Below are positions 9,968 to 21,022 of a stretch of 57,051 bases of DNA, in pieces. The stretch's first letter is position 1, and each line of letters starts with the position of its first letter. The notes under the pieces were generated by a model. The model saw only the letters and a list, made by a program, of their open reading frames with translations. It ran no database searches and was not told the origin of the DNA. The DNA is taken from positions 1 through 57,051 of the IMG/VR virus record IMGVR_UViG_3300025168_000102. One strand, written 5' to 3'. The stretch comes from a virus (lineage: Duplodnaviria; Caudoviricetes). The translations under genes were made by a program, and so were the position numbers.

Positions 9968-11037
9968 ATAGAATACCTCCTTTAGGACAAGTAGCTCAAA
10001 CAATGGGCAAAATGGGTAGAGGAGGAGATACGACTCTAGTCCATATGAACCCAGCAGAAGTAAGAGGTTTATCTTCATTAGGTGAACTTAGTTATAACCC
10101 AGTAACAGGCTTACCTGAAGCTTTTAAGTTTAAAGATATTTTACCATATGCAGGATTAGTTGGTGCAGCTTTTGGTTTACCTACATGGGGAGCAGCCATG
10201 TTAGGAGGGGCTGGAACAGCTATTAAAGAAGGAAGTATAGGTAAAGGTTTAATGAGTGGGTTAATGCAATTCGGTGTTGGTCAACTGATGCAAGGTGTAA
10301 CAGGTAAAGGAGTACCTACACCAGATGCAGCAGGTAATCAAGCTATGGATCAATTAGCTAATCCAGGTGTTGGTGCATCAACAGCTATTGATGATCAAAT
10401 GGTTCAACAAATGATGCCTGTAGCTTCTCCTACAATGCAACCACAAACTTTTATGGAAGCTGCTCAAGTTACGGATGAATTTAATCCTGTATCTGCTTTT
10501 AAAGATAGTTTACCTATTGAAGCTAGAAAGGCTATGACAGCAGCTCCTGGAGCTATTTTGGCTGCTGGGATGACAGAGACACCTCCAGAGATGCCTCAGT
10601 TACCAGAACGTAAACCATTTGAAAGACAGCAACAAACATTAGAACGTCCTCAAACAGCACCTCGTCAGGGAGAATCAGAAGAAGAGTTGTTAGCTAGGAT
10701 TGGTAGAGGGGGAGATACGTTCTTTGAAGCCAGTTCTTATTTACCTGCTGCTGAAGGAGGACAGTTAGAAGAAGCTTTTGAAGGAATGGTAGAAGGAGAT
10801 GGTCATGGTATGGAGGATAATAAAATGTTTACTATCCAAGGTGGAGGATTGGCTGCTTTATCACCAAAAGAATATGTCGTACCTGCTGATGTAATGTCTG
10901 GATTAGGTAACGGTAATCCTGATAGTGGAGCCAATATGATGGATGATTTTATTTCTGAGTTTAGAGTAGAAAAATATGGAAGAGATCAACAACCACCTGA
11001 AATAAATGGTAGAAAATTACTAAAGAATCTTGCTTAA
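9958..11037 (+). CDS. Putative internal virion/ejection protein
   Basis: 'GRGGDTTLVHM...NPVTGLPEAF' followed by Gly/Ala-rich hydrophobic helices; C-terminal 'LSPKEYVVPADV'. Confidence 0.55.
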   Translation: MEMNRIPPLGQVAQTMGKMGRGGDTTLVHMNPAEVRGLSSLGELSYNPVTGLPEAFKFKDILPYAGLVGAAFGLPTWGAAMLGGAGTAIKEGSIGKGLMSGLMQFGVGQLMQGVTGKGVPTPDAAGNQAMDQLANPGVGASTAIDDQMVQQMMPVASPTMQPQTFMEAAQVTDEFNPVSAFKDSLPIEARKAMTAAPGAILAAGMTETPPEMPQLPERKPFERQQQTLERPQTAPRQGESEEELLARIGRGGDTFFEASSYLPAAEGGQLEEAFEGMVEGDGHGMEDNKMFTIQGGGLAALSPKEYVVPADVMSGLGNGNPDSGANMMDDFISEFRVEKYGRDQQPPEINGRKLLKNLA

Positions 11038-11513
11038 TGTTAATTAGAAAAGCTGAGTTAATAGATATATTTGAAATAACAAATATATTAATTGATGAAA
11101 TGTATTCAGAAGTAGGAATAGGTGAACCAGTTAGATCTAAAGTTTTAGATTATATTACTTTCCTACAAAAAGATGGTATAATATATTTATTAGAAAGTAA
11201 AATAGTTAAAAAAAATGGGGGATTAGAAATAGCAGGAATGATAGGAGCACATATCACTCAATGGTGGTGGTCAAATCAAGATTTTTTATCGGAAGACTTT
11301 ACATTTGTTAGAAAGAAATTTAGAAAAGGTAGATTAGCTTTGAAATTAATGGGTAAGTTAGATGCCTATGCAAAGAAATTAAATATGCCATTAGTTACTG
11401 GTGTATTTAATGATGTACAACATGAAAGAAAAAATAAGTTATTCTCTAAGATATATAAACACTTTGGTTATATTTATCTTGGGGGAGATCTCAAAGTGAT
11501 AGGGAGAGAATAA
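11037..11513 (+). CDS. GNAT-family acetyltransferase-like protein (T7 gp13-like position)
   Basis: 'MLIRKAELID', 'FVRKKFRKGRLALKLM' acetyl-CoA-binding-like motif, 'YKHFGY'. Confidence 0.7.
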   Translation: MLIRKAELIDIFEITNILIDEMYSEVGIGEPVRSKVLDYITFLQKDGIIYLLESKIVKKNGGLEIAGMIGAHITQWWWSNQDFLSEDFTFVRKKFRKGRLALKLMGKLDAYAKKLNMPLVTGVFNDVQHERKNKLFSKIYKHFGYIYLGGDLKVIGRE

Positions 11514-14210
11514 ATGTGTGGAGGAAAAGGTGGTGGTGGTGGCAAACCTCAAGTAGCAGGTACACAAGTAGTCGAACAGAGAACAGAGTTTCCTGAAGAG
11601 ATTAGGCCATTCATTCAAGATATCTTAGAGAAATCACAGGCTAGATTTAACGAACAAAGTGGAAAACCTATGCCTACGTTTCCTGGAGGAACTAAAGCTC
11701 GTATTGCAGAGATGGACCCTTTACAGGAAGAAACTCTAACAGAGTATGATATAGCAAGTAGATCTGGTTTAGCTGGTAGTGGTACAAATTTAGGTTCTGC
11801 TTTACCTTATTATCAAGCTGGATTGTCTGCCCTACAAGATTCTCAACAAGCTTTTGGTCCTCAACAAGCTGCACAGTATATGAATCCCTATCAACAAGCT
11901 GTAGTAGATGTTGCTAAACGTGAAGCTATTAGACAAACTCAACCTACATATCAAGCTATTGGAGATCGGGCTGTATCAACAGGAGGTTTTGGAGGGAGTA
12001 GACAAGCTATAGCTGAGTCTGAATTAAATAGAAACTTACAACAACAGTTATCAGATTTACAAACAAGAGGATCACAGCAAGCTTTTGAACAAGGTAGAAC
12101 TGCATTTGAACAACAGAAAGCTAGAGATGCTGGAGCTTCTTCACGGTACTTTGCTCAAGCTCCCCAAGCTTATCGTCAACAGTTAGCTGAACTATCTGCT
12201 AGGGAAGGTGTAGGTAAAACTAGAAGAGCAGAAGATCAACGAAATAGAAATTTACTGTACGAACAATTTAAAGAAGAGCAGATGTATCCATCTAGAAATT
12301 TAGCTGAGTACCAATCTATTGTTCGAGGATTTCCTTATCAGCCACAGATGTATGAAACAAAACAGAACCTTGCACCAGCACCTGGATTAGGTCAACAGCT
12401 TATGGGTGGTCTAGGTACGGCTGCATCTATCTATGGTGGTATGGGTGGATTTAGTAAAGGTGGATTCGGTAGCTTTGGTCAAGCTGGTGGACAGGTAGGT
12501 GGTCTTGCTAGTTTAGCTAGTGGTGGGCAGATACAAGGTGGGGGGTTTGAGACTCATCAGAATAATATTTATGGTTCTGTTACAGAGGTGTTGGATAAAA
12601 TTGTTACAAATCCAAAATATGAAGAATTTCTACGTACAACAGGTAAAATGACACCAGAGTTAGAAGAGCAAGTAAAAAAACATAAAGTTAAAATGGCAGA
12701 AACTGCTGGTGAAACTATTATTGATGAACAGTATGTGGGAAAAACTGGTCCCTCCGTATCTCAACCCGGATTGGAAGAAGGTCAAAGTACTGTAACAGGT
12801 TTAGAATCTTTAGGTCTTATAAAACCTAAACCTGCACCTGCACCTAAACCTACATCTAAACCTACTGTACAATCTGGTGCTCTTAATGAGGGGCAAATAG
12901 TTACAGGAGGAAGAGGGGATCCAATACTAAAAGGTGGATCAGGTACAGATCTATTAAATATAAAAGTAGGGGATGTAGATGTTACTTCTGCTCTTGAGCA
13001 AAATTTAAAAACATTAACTCAAGGTAAAAGTTATCTTGATGATGCTAAAAACATTCGTGGAAAATTAAATATACTTTCAGATACAATAGGTGATACTGAT
13101 ACACGTATAGCAGATATTAAAACAGGAATTGATGATGCTTATAGCCCAATGGAAGCTTTTCAAACACAGTTTGCAACTGATTTAACAGCCTTTACAAAGT
13201 CTGAAACAGATGCAAATAAAGCTTTTAAAAAAGCTAGAGAATCAGCTATTAATAAACGAGCAGCTACAAAATTAACTAATCTTGAAACTCTAGGTAAAGA
13301 AGCTAAAAAAACAGGGGAAAGAGATGTCATGCAAAATCTTTTCCTTAATATGTTATTACCTATGTCTCTTCAAGCTGGACGAGATCCACAAGGATTTATA
13401 GCTGGAGCTTTAAAAGGTGGACAGGATAATATGACAGCTTTTGTAGATAGATACACTTCTATTAAAGATAAGTATTCTACTGGTAAAGAAAAACGTGCTC
13501 GTGATAAAATGGCTATTGGAGATAAGCAACAATCCGATATCTTTTCTATGCAAGATACATTTGAAAATAGAAGGAAAGACATAGACAAAGAAATGTTTAA
13601 CTTGTCTAATAATAATAATAAATTAATAGCTCAAACAGGAGTAAGCAAACAAACAGAAATAAATAATGCTGATTTAAAAAAATTATCAATGGAAAAGGAT
13701 GCAATGAATACTGTTATTCAAGGGTTAGAATTAGAAAAGAATATAGCTCAAGAGGAGCAAACATTAGCAGGTAATTCTATAAAAGCTATTGCTACTTTAT
13801 TAGATACATTAGGATTAGATTCTAAAGGTACTACACTTAAAAATAAATCTTCTGCTGAACAAGAAAAGATTATGTTAAGTGCTATTGAAAATAAATATAA
13901 ATTTGTTGTAGATAAGCAAACAGGTTCAATGTTTATTGATGGAAAAGCAATTGATAAAAATGATCCTGGGTTCAAAGATATGATTCAAGAATTAAATATA
14001 GCTAGTACTCAATTTAATAATATCTTAAAAGCAGCAGGTAATACAAGTTATCCCCAACAGATTAAAGCTCGTCTTGCTGTTCTAAGTAGGGGAGGAGCAG
14101 GTATAAAAAGTAAACCGATTGATGTTTCTCAGATGAATCAAACTCAGTTAAATGCAATACCCTCTGGTAGTTACATTATAAGAAATGGTAGAACAAGTAG
14201 AAAAAAATAA
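11514..14210 (+). CDS. DNA ejection/internal virion protein
   Basis: MCGGKGGGGG N-terminus; 'YMNPYQQAVVD' and 'GGFGGSRQAI' motifs; Gln/Ala-rich helical composition. Confidence 0.65.
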   Translation: MCGGKGGGGGKPQVAGTQVVEQRTEFPEEIRPFIQDILEKSQARFNEQSGKPMPTFPGGTKARIAEMDPLQEETLTEYDIASRSGLAGSGTNLGSALPYYQAGLSALQDSQQAFGPQQAAQYMNPYQQAVVDVAKREAIRQTQPTYQAIGDRAVSTGGFGGSRQAIAESELNRNLQQQLSDLQTRGSQQAFEQGRTAFEQQKARDAGASSRYFAQAPQAYRQQLAELSAREGVGKTRRAEDQRNRNLLYEQFKEEQMYPSRNLAEYQSIVRGFPYQPQMYETKQNLAPAPGLGQQLMGGLGTAASIYGGMGGFSKGGFGSFGQAGGQVGGLASLASGGQIQGGGFETHQNNIYGSVTEVLDKIVTNPKYEEFLRTTGKMTPELEEQVKKHKVKMAETAGETIIDEQYVGKTGPSVSQPGLEEGQSTVTGLESLGLIKPKPAPAPKPTSKPTVQSGALNEGQIVTGGRGDPILKGGSGTDLLNIKVGDVDVTSALEQNLKTLTQGKSYLDDAKNIRGKLNILSDTIGDTDTRIADIKTGIDDAYSPMEAFQTQFATDLTAFTKSETDANKAFKKARESAINKRAATKLTNLETLGKEAKKTGERDVMQNLFLNMLLPMSLQAGRDPQGFIAGALKGGQDNMTAFVDRYTSIKDKYSTGKEKRARDKMAIGDKQQSDIFSMQDTFENRRKDIDKEMFNLSNNNNKLIAQTGVSKQTEINNADLKKLSMEKDAMNTVIQGLELEKNIAQEEQTLAGNSIKAIATLLDTLGLDSKGTTLKNKSSAEQEKIMLSAIENKYKFVVDKQTGSMFIDGKAIDKNDPGFKDMIQELNIASTQFNNILKAAGNTSYPQQIKARLAVLSRGGAGIKSKPIDVSQMNQTQLNAIPSGSYIIRNGRTSRKK

Positions 14211-14216
14211 ATATTT

Positions 14217-17200
14217 ATGGCACAATTAGATTTTTCAGATTTTGTTGAAGTAGATACTTCTTCTCCACAAGAGGAAAAGAATAAGGCTATTATTAACCAA
14301 CCTTCATCCACTCTAGATTTTTCAGAGTTTGAAGAGGTAGAAACTTCTTCTGCACAAGAGGAAGAGAATAAGGCTGGTATTAGTCAACCCTCATCTACTT
14401 TAGATTTTTCAGATTTTGAAGAGGTAGAAACTTCTCAACAACAACCTCAACAAGAACAAGTTCAAACATCTTTAGAGATGGATGATCTTGATACGAATAA
14501 AAATTGGTTAAAAAATGCCAAGACTATTTATGAGAATGAAGAGAATGAAACGTGGAAGGGTGATAGCAAATCATTAAGTGATTGGTTTAAAAATAGACAT
14601 TCAGAAATAGGATTTGATATAACAAGCATTGGATCATTAGCTTATCGTGCTGATGACTTTGACGATGACACTAAAAAAGCATGGGTAGATTCAATGGATA
14701 TGTATGAGAATACTGATGCTGATACACTGTCTTTCTTTAGAGCTTTAAAAAATGTAGCTCTTGATCCTACTACTATTGCTTCAGTCGTAGCTACAGCAGG
14801 ATTAGGAACTATAGCTAAAATTGGAGGCACAAGAGCTGCATCATTAGCTGCTAAGTTTACTATGAAAGAACAGTTAAAAAAATCTTTAGCTAAAAGAGTA
14901 GGAGAAGAAACAGCAAAAGAATTTGTAGAGAAGGGAGTAACTAAAGGGATTAGTAAAGAAGTTTTAAAAGGAGCTAGAAAAGAGGCTGCTAAAAATCTTG
15001 GTAAAGCTCAACTAAAAACAGGTGCAGTAGCAGGTGCATTATATAGTGGTGCTGATAATTATGCTAGACAAAAAGCTGATATTAAATTAAGGGATAAGGA
15101 AGATGAAGACTTTGATGCTACTCAATTTGCATTGAGTACTGGATTAGGAGCAGCAGGTGGAGCAATCTTTGGTAGATATCTTCCTAAACTAGGGGAAAAA
15201 TTAGGACGTAAAAAAGCTTTGATGAAACAAGAAGCTTTTGAAAAAGCTGACATGCTTCCACCTGTACAAATAAAAGAAACATCTACAATTATTGAAAACT
15301 TATTACCAGAAGAAATTGTAGCATCAAGAGTTAATAAAGCTCGTGAAGAATTAGAAGTTAATGGAACAGTAGATATTAATCTTCAGGGAAAAAGAACAAA
15401 AACAAAAGCAGAAAGAGATTTAATTAAAGTTCCTAAAAAAACTGATAAAGGTTACCAAACAAAACGAGAACTTAAAGATAATTTATCTGAAGAAGAAGTT
15501 ATAAAAGAATTTGGGTTTCAAGATTTTGAGATTAATAAAGTAGGGCCAAATAAATTTATTGGTAAAAAAACTATTGATACTAAAGTAGATGTTTCTAATC
15601 CAGAAGTAGGACGAACAAAATTTCAAGAACGTATAGCACAGATTAAACGATCTATCTTTGATGATTCAGGATTGGGGGATAAATTTAAAGCTTTACGTAG
15701 TAGGTTTGATGTAGCTCCTCGTGTAATGGAACAGAATATTACTAGAAACTTTAACCGTCTTCAGAATGCCTTGAAAAAAGAACATGAAGGAGAGGTATCA
15801 ACTGAACTATATGAAACTATGGATAAAGCTTTTCGTGGAGATACAGAAGCTTTAGATATCGTAGCTGAACGAACAGGTACAGAAACTGTTAGTGCATTAA
15901 AAGAAATGAGGAATCAAATTCAATCATTACAAAAGAGACTGTTATCAAGTGGGGCTATTAAAGAAGGTTCTGATTTACAATTAAAAATTCAAAAGTCTCT
16001 TGATCCTAATTCTGATACCCCTGATCTTTATGTTACGAGACAATTTGAAGTATATGATAATCCTAATTATAGTCGAGAGTTTGATGCTAGACCAGGATCA
16101 GCTAAGATTAAAGAAAATGCTGGTAAATATATTGAAGGTCAACTAAGAAAACAATATAAAGATTATGATACAGTTAAAAAACAAATAAAAAATTTAGGAA
16201 TAAAATCTTTAAAACAGGAACAACTAGATTTAATAAAAAGATTTGAAGGAGCAGACGGAGAAGTTCAAAACCGTATTAATAGGATTCTTACTTTTAATGA
16301 TGAACAAGATGTAGCCACATTTTTTTCAGATTGGAACCCTATTAAAGGTAAAGCTGCTAGTAAAATCTTAACAAAAAGAGAAAGTATTCCTGATGAGATT
16401 AGGTTATTAATGGGTGAGTATAAAAATCCATTTACTAACTATGCTAATACAGCTATGAAACTAAATCAAACTTTAGCTAATTTTGATTATGAACAAGGGA
16501 TTGCTAAATTAGTAGAAAAAAATGAAATACCTAATGCTAGTAGATTAGCAGGTGGGCCTAGAACAGTAGAATTAGGAAGCAGACTTCCTCAAGTAGGAGG
16601 TGTAAATGATCCTTTAAAAAGAAGACCAGTAGAAGGAACAGACTTTAAAGAACCATTAAAAGGAATCCATGCTACACCTGAAATAGCTTCAGCTATTGAA
16701 ATGGGAAATGAAATAGGTAGAACTCAAAATAAATATATACAACAATTTCTTTTATTACAAGGACATACTCGTTCTGCTAAAACTGTTTGGAGTCCTACAG
16801 CTATTGCTCGTAACTTCTTAGGTGCAGGATGGTCGGCTACAGGTGCTGGTTATCTAAGGCCATCAGCTTTAAAAGGAATGGCTAATGTAGCACGAGGATT
16901 GTCTAATATATCTGATGATAAACTTCAAGATGAAATAGAAAAAGGTATATCATTAGGGTATATACAAAGTGGTACAGACTTAGGAGCTTTTAGGGGAGCA
17001 TTAAAAGATGCAAGTGAAGAATCTTTTTGGAAAATGCAATCTCCTTTATACAGAGAAAAAAATAATATTATTAATAGAGCTAAACAATTAAATACAAGTG
17101 CTGTTAAATTTTATCAATCAATGGATGATATGTGGAAACAGTTTGCTTTTTTAAATGAAAAACAAAATTATAGAAAGGTTCTTGAAGATCAAGGAATTAA

Positions 17201-18623
17201 TCCTGATGAAGTAATTACAACTAGAACCTTTAGGGGTGGTAGTGGTAAGAATATTGAAACAACAAGACTAGATGAATATGCTGCTGAACAAGTTAATAAT
17301 CATATGCAAAATTATGGTGGTGTTCCACAGTTTGTAAGAAGAGCTAGACTATTACCTGCTGCAGACTTTCTTGCTTTTACAACAGAGATTATTCGTACTC
17401 AAAAAAATATTATAAAAAGTTCTTTTAAAGATATGAGAGAGGGTCGAGCTATGATGGCTAAAGGTGAACGTGATGCTCAAGGCCAACTTAAAGGTAAAGC
17501 CCAATTAGCTGTAGGTCAAAGACGATTAGGATCTATGATAGCTGCTCAATCTGTTGCTCCTGCATTAGGGGCTACATCTGCTGTTGTAACAGGACTAGAT
17601 GAGAAAGTTAAGTTAGAAGATGGGAAAGAAGCTCCGTATACCATAAGAGAAGGTATGGCTAAGTTTGATCCTGACTTTGATCAAGGTGCTAGTTATATTT
17701 ATTTAGGAAAACCTAAAGATGGTAAGGGTAAAAAAATTAATATTGATTATATTAATCCTTGGGCTAAAACTCAGCAACCTCTTAAAGCAGCCATAGCAGC
17801 TTACAATAAAGGAGAGTATGTAGATGGGGTAGTTGATGATGTTTTTGATGCAGCTATTATTAATCCTCTTGTAGAAACATTTGGAGTTTCTATGTTAGGA
17901 GAAGCAGCAGCAAATATATTTCAAAATGTAGATCAATTTGGCAGACCGATAACAGGAGAAACAGATACAAGGTTAGAAAAAATAGGTAAGAATATTTCAG
18001 TCTTAGCCCAAGCATTTGAACCAGGATTTGTTAAAACTGGTAGAGATCTAATGACTTCTATGAATTTAGAAGGTCAAGACTTTGGAGTAAGAAAGGGACG
18101 ATCAGGAAGAAGGTTATATCTTAATGATGAATTAGCAGGATTAACAGGAGTTAAGCCAAAGTATTATGATATTAATAAAGCTTTAAGATATAAAGTTAAT
18201 GATGTTATTGGTAATATGTCAGAGGCAGGTAAAATATTTAGTAATGCTGTTGCTCAAATGCAACCTCAAACAGAAGATGAAATTGTTAATGCTTATTCTG
18301 AATCTTTGGAAAAACAATATGCTCAAGCTACGAAATTATTTGAGGTTATTAGTGCAGCTAAAAGTACTGGAATGAATAATGCAGATATCTATAAGGCTAT
18401 GACTTCTGGTGGGTTTTTTCCTAGAGGTATGTCTAATGAAACTCTTCAAAACATGATAAAGAAAGGGGTGTATATTCCTAAACCTCCTATAAGAAGTGAT
18501 ATACTTAAATATCAAGAAATTATTAAAAGAGAAACAGAGCAAGAGCCTAAATTTAAAGATGCAAAAGATAGGTTAATTGAAGTATATAAATCATACGTTG
18601 GTGAGACTACAGGAGAACGATAA
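14217..18623 (+). CDS. Large internal virion (ejection) protein
   Basis: 1468 aa, helical, placed after the other ejection genes; acidic N-terminal repeats. Confidence 0.6.
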   Translation: MAQLDFSDFVEVDTSSPQEEKNKAIINQPSSTLDFSEFEEVETSSAQEEENKAGISQPSSTLDFSDFEEVETSQQQPQQEQVQTSLEMDDLDTNKNWLKNAKTIYENEENETWKGDSKSLSDWFKNRHSEIGFDITSIGSLAYRADDFDDDTKKAWVDSMDMYENTDADTLSFFRALKNVALDPTTIASVVATAGLGTIAKIGGTRAASLAAKFTMKEQLKKSLAKRVGEETAKEFVEKGVTKGISKEVLKGARKEAAKNLGKAQLKTGAVAGALYSGADNYARQKADIKLRDKEDEDFDATQFALSTGLGAAGGAIFGRYLPKLGEKLGRKKALMKQEAFEKADMLPPVQIKETSTIIENLLPEEIVASRVNKAREELEVNGTVDINLQGKRTKTKAERDLIKVPKKTDKGYQTKRELKDNLSEEEVIKEFGFQDFEINKVGPNKFIGKKTIDTKVDVSNPEVGRTKFQERIAQIKRSIFDDSGLGDKFKALRSRFDVAPRVMEQNITRNFNRLQNALKKEHEGEVSTELYETMDKAFRGDTEALDIVAERTGTETVSALKEMRNQIQSLQKRLLSSGAIKEGSDLQLKIQKSLDPNSDTPDLYVTRQFEVYDNPNYSREFDARPGSAKIKENAGKYIEGQLRKQYKDYDTVKKQIKNLGIKSLKQEQLDLIKRFEGADGEVQNRINRILTFNDEQDVATFFSDWNPIKGKAASKILTKRESIPDEIRLLMGEYKNPFTNYANTAMKLNQTLANFDYEQGIAKLVEKNEIPNASRLAGGPRTVELGSRLPQVGGVNDPLKRRPVEGTDFKEPLKGIHATPEIASAIEMGNEIGRTQNKYIQQFLLLQGHTRSAKTVWSPTAIARNFLGAGWSATGAGYLRPSALKGMANVARGLSNISDDKLQDEIEKGISLGYIQSGTDLGAFRGALKDASEESFWKMQSPLYREKNNIINRAKQLNTSAVKFYQSMDDMWKQFAFLNEKQNYRKVLEDQGINPDEVITTRTFRGGSGKNIETTRLDEYAAEQVNNHMQNYGGVPQFVRRARLLPAADFLAFTTEIIRTQKNIIKSSFKDMREGRAMMAKGERDAQGQLKGKAQLAVGQRRLGSMIAAQSVAPALGATSAVVTGLDEKVKLEDGKEAPYTIREGMAKFDPDFDQGASYIYLGKPKDGKGKKINIDYINPWAKTQQPLKAAIAAYNKGEYVDGVVDDVFDAAIINPLVETFGVSMLGEAAANIFQNVDQFGRPITGETDTRLEKIGKNISVLAQAFEPGFVKTGRDLMTSMNLEGQDFGVRKGRSGRRLYLNDELAGLTGVKPKYYDINKALRYKVNDVIGNMSEAGKIFSNAVAQMQPQTEDEIVNAYSESLEKQYAQATKLFEVISAAKSTGMNNADIYKAMTSGGFFPRGMSNETLQNMIKKGVYIPKPPIRSDILKYQEIIKRETEQEPKFKDAKDRLIEVYKSYVGETTGER
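14226..14435 (+). repeat. 87-bp tandem repeat (~2.4 copies) encoding LDFS(D/E)F.EV.TS
   Basis: TAGATTTTTCAGA starts at 14227, 14314 and 14401. Confidence 0.9.
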
Positions 18624-20077
18624 TGTGTACAGGTGGGCAGGATATACCAGCTACAATCAGAGTGGATGGAGGAGTAGAAGATGGGCAATGGAAAACATCC
18701 GATACTTTTAACCCATCATCTAGTGAAGAAACTAGTATAGTAGAATCTTCAGAAGAAGCTACAGAAACAATGGAGCCATCGGCTGGTCTTTATCAACCTG
18801 TGATTGATCGTATCAATACTTTATCTGAAAGACTTCCAGAAAAAATATCTAAAGAAACTACTAATGAGATATCTCCTATGTTCAATAATATAATAAGAAC
18901 GACTGAGCAGGGATTCAGAGGTAATCAAATGGGGTTACGTAGTCTTCAAAACAGGCTTAATATGGGAGGAATAAGACCCAGGATAGATCCTCCTAGACCA
19001 CCATCTAGAGAAAAATATACAGGGCTTGCTGGTAAGGTTGCTATAGATACCTTTAATAAAGGTGGATTTGGTGGTAAAGGTTTTGGATCAGGTCGTAGTC
19101 GTGCTATAGAAAGAGTGAGGCAAGAACAACGCCCACTCTTTAGGAATTCCCCTATATCTACTATATCAACTCCACAAAATTCACCTATGCAACAAGTAAT
19201 GCAACCTCCAGTAACAGATGTACCTAGTAGTATAACTCCTACGACTAGTGCTCAAACAACTAATCCAGGAGATACGTTTAAATTTTTTAATCAACCAGAG
19301 TTTTTAAAAAGTACTTCTAGTATGCAATCTTATAAAAATGGGGGGATTATTGAGGCTCTTATGATGACTCCTATTGGACAGAATGAACTAAAAAAATTAG
19401 CTGTCGGAGGAGTAGTGGGAGGATTAGATACTCTTGTTAGTGGAGGACAACAAACAGGAGCATCCTTAGAAGATATTAGTTTAGGGAAAGCTACCTTCTT
19501 TGAACCATTTACTTATAAGACTAAAGCTAAAGATACATTAGAAAGCATTGAGGAAACTTTAGGAATAACTCCTACTAAGAAAAAAATAATAGAAAACCAA
19601 GAACAATTTGGTGATCATGAGGGTAGAGATGGACCATATAGTGGTCAATCTAATTTTGCTGGTCCAAATGAAGGTGGAGGGTTAGATTATGGAGAAGAAG
19701 AAGAAACAGATTGGGGAGCATTGGGTAGGGGACTTGCAAATGCAGGAAGTGCTGCAGCAACTATTTTTGGAAGTGGTGGTCTAGCTAGCTTATTTTCAGT
19801 TGGGAATGCAATATTTAATAAAGACTCAATAGTGAATAAAGTTAAAGATCATTTAACAAGAAAACCAGATCCTCAACCAGTACAAGTTCAAGGACCACGT
19901 AGTCCTTTTGTAGGGTTTTCAGATGAAGGTATTGGATATGGAACTGGTGGTGGAGATAGTATAGATGTTGGGGGTACTGATCCTGGAGTTGATGCTATGG
20001 GGCAAGCAACAGGTCAAGAAATGGGGGAGGAAGATGATTCTTCAGAACCTGATGCAATGGCTGGAGTAATGATATGA
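18623..20077 (+). CDS. Hypothetical low-complexity virion-associated protein
   Basis: 484 aa; MCTGG N-terminus; acidic Gly-rich C-terminus; TAATG coupling. Confidence 0.55.
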   Translation: MCTGGQDIPATIRVDGGVEDGQWKTSDTFNPSSSEETSIVESSEEATETMEPSAGLYQPVIDRINTLSERLPEKISKETTNEISPMFNNIIRTTEQGFRGNQMGLRSLQNRLNMGGIRPRIDPPRPPSREKYTGLAGKVAIDTFNKGGFGGKGFGSGRSRAIERVRQEQRPLFRNSPISTISTPQNSPMQQVMQPPVTDVPSSITPTTSAQTTNPGDTFKFFNQPEFLKSTSSMQSYKNGGIIEALMMTPIGQNELKKLAVGGVVGGLDTLVSGGQQTGASLEDISLGKATFFEPFTYKTKAKDTLESIEETLGITPTKKKIIENQEQFGDHEGRDGPYSGQSNFAGPNEGGGLDYGEEEETDWGALGRGLANAGSAAATIFGSGGLASLFSVGNAIFNKDSIVNKVKDHLTRKPDPQPVQVQGPRSPFVGFSDEGIGYGTGGGDSIDVGGTDPGVDAMGQATGQEMGEEDDSSEPDAMAGVMI

Positions 20078-20454
20078 ACTGGAAATATTTTACTGAAGAT
20101 GAATTAGCCTGTCAAGGTACAGGTGAATGTGAAATGAACGAAGAGTTCATGGAAAAATTAATTACCTTGAGAGAAGAGTATAATAATCCTATCATTATTA
20201 CGTCAGGGTATAGACACTTAGCTCACAATCAATCTATAGGTGGGGCTAAGAACTCTCCTCATTTATTTGGGAGGGCTGTCGATATCAAAATAGGAGGACA
20301 GAACGCTGTAAAGATTTTAGAACTAGCTTTAAAACATGGGATGACAGGTATAGGTATTAAACAAAGGGGAAAGTATGAAGCCAGATTTATTCATATTGAT
20401 GATATGCCTCAATCGGAAGACCATCCTAGACCTTGGATATGGAGTTATAAATAA
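20074..20454 (+). CDS. Peptidase M15A family (probable endolysin)
   Basis: YFTEDELAC, ITSGYR, SPHLFGRAVD and FIHID zinc-peptidase motifs. Confidence 0.85.
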   Translation: MNWKYFTEDELACQGTGECEMNEEFMEKLITLREEYNNPIIITSGYRHLAHNQSIGGAKNSPHLFGRAVDIKIGGQNAVKILELALKHGMTGIGIKQRGKYEARFIHIDDMPQSEDHPRPWIWSYK

Positions 20455-20467
20455 AGGAGTAAAATAA

Positions 20468-21022
20468 ATGGTAATAGCTGAAACTCTAATGGGGGTACAG
20501 CTAGTTCGGTCTGCTATAAAAGGAATTAAGGATGTTATAAATACTTGTGAAGATGTTAGTGAGATTGCTCACCACATAGATAATGTCTTTCATGGTGAAG
20601 AGCAGGTTAACCGAAGGATAGCTGCTAAAAAAAAGAAGCAACAAAAAAAAGGTCAGTGGTATTCTTTTATTGCTTCAAGATTAAAGTCAGATGACGAGGG
20701 AGATGGAACCTCAATTCAAGAAATAGCTCAAGAGCTTATAGAAAAAAAACAAATAGAACAACAACGTAGTGCTCTAGCTCACTTACTTAATAGAAGATTT
20801 GGGGCTGATACGTGGACTTCTATTATGAAAATAAGATTTGAAAGAATTGAAAAACGTAAAGAACAAAGAAAGATAGCCTTACAAAAAGCTAAAGAAGAAG
20901 CTTGGGAAAGAAAAAGATTTTGGAAAAAAACTGGGGAAGAAAGTGGGAAGCTATTGATTATCTTAGGTGTAATAGTTGGAATGTATTATTATATTAGTTA
21001 TGCATGTAAAGGATGTATCTAA
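20468..21022 (+). CDS. Hypothetical protein with C-terminal TM helix
   Basis: AAGGAG RBS; coiled-coil region followed by 'LLIILGVIVGMYYYI'. Confidence 0.6.
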   Translation: MVIAETLMGVQLVRSAIKGIKDVINTCEDVSEIAHHIDNVFHGEEQVNRRIAAKKKKQQKKGQWYSFIASRLKSDDEGDGTSIQEIAQELIEKKQIEQQRSALAHLLNRRFGADTWTSIMKIRFERIEKRKEQRKIALQKAKEEAWERKRFWKKTGEESGKLLIILGVIVGMYYYISYACKGCI

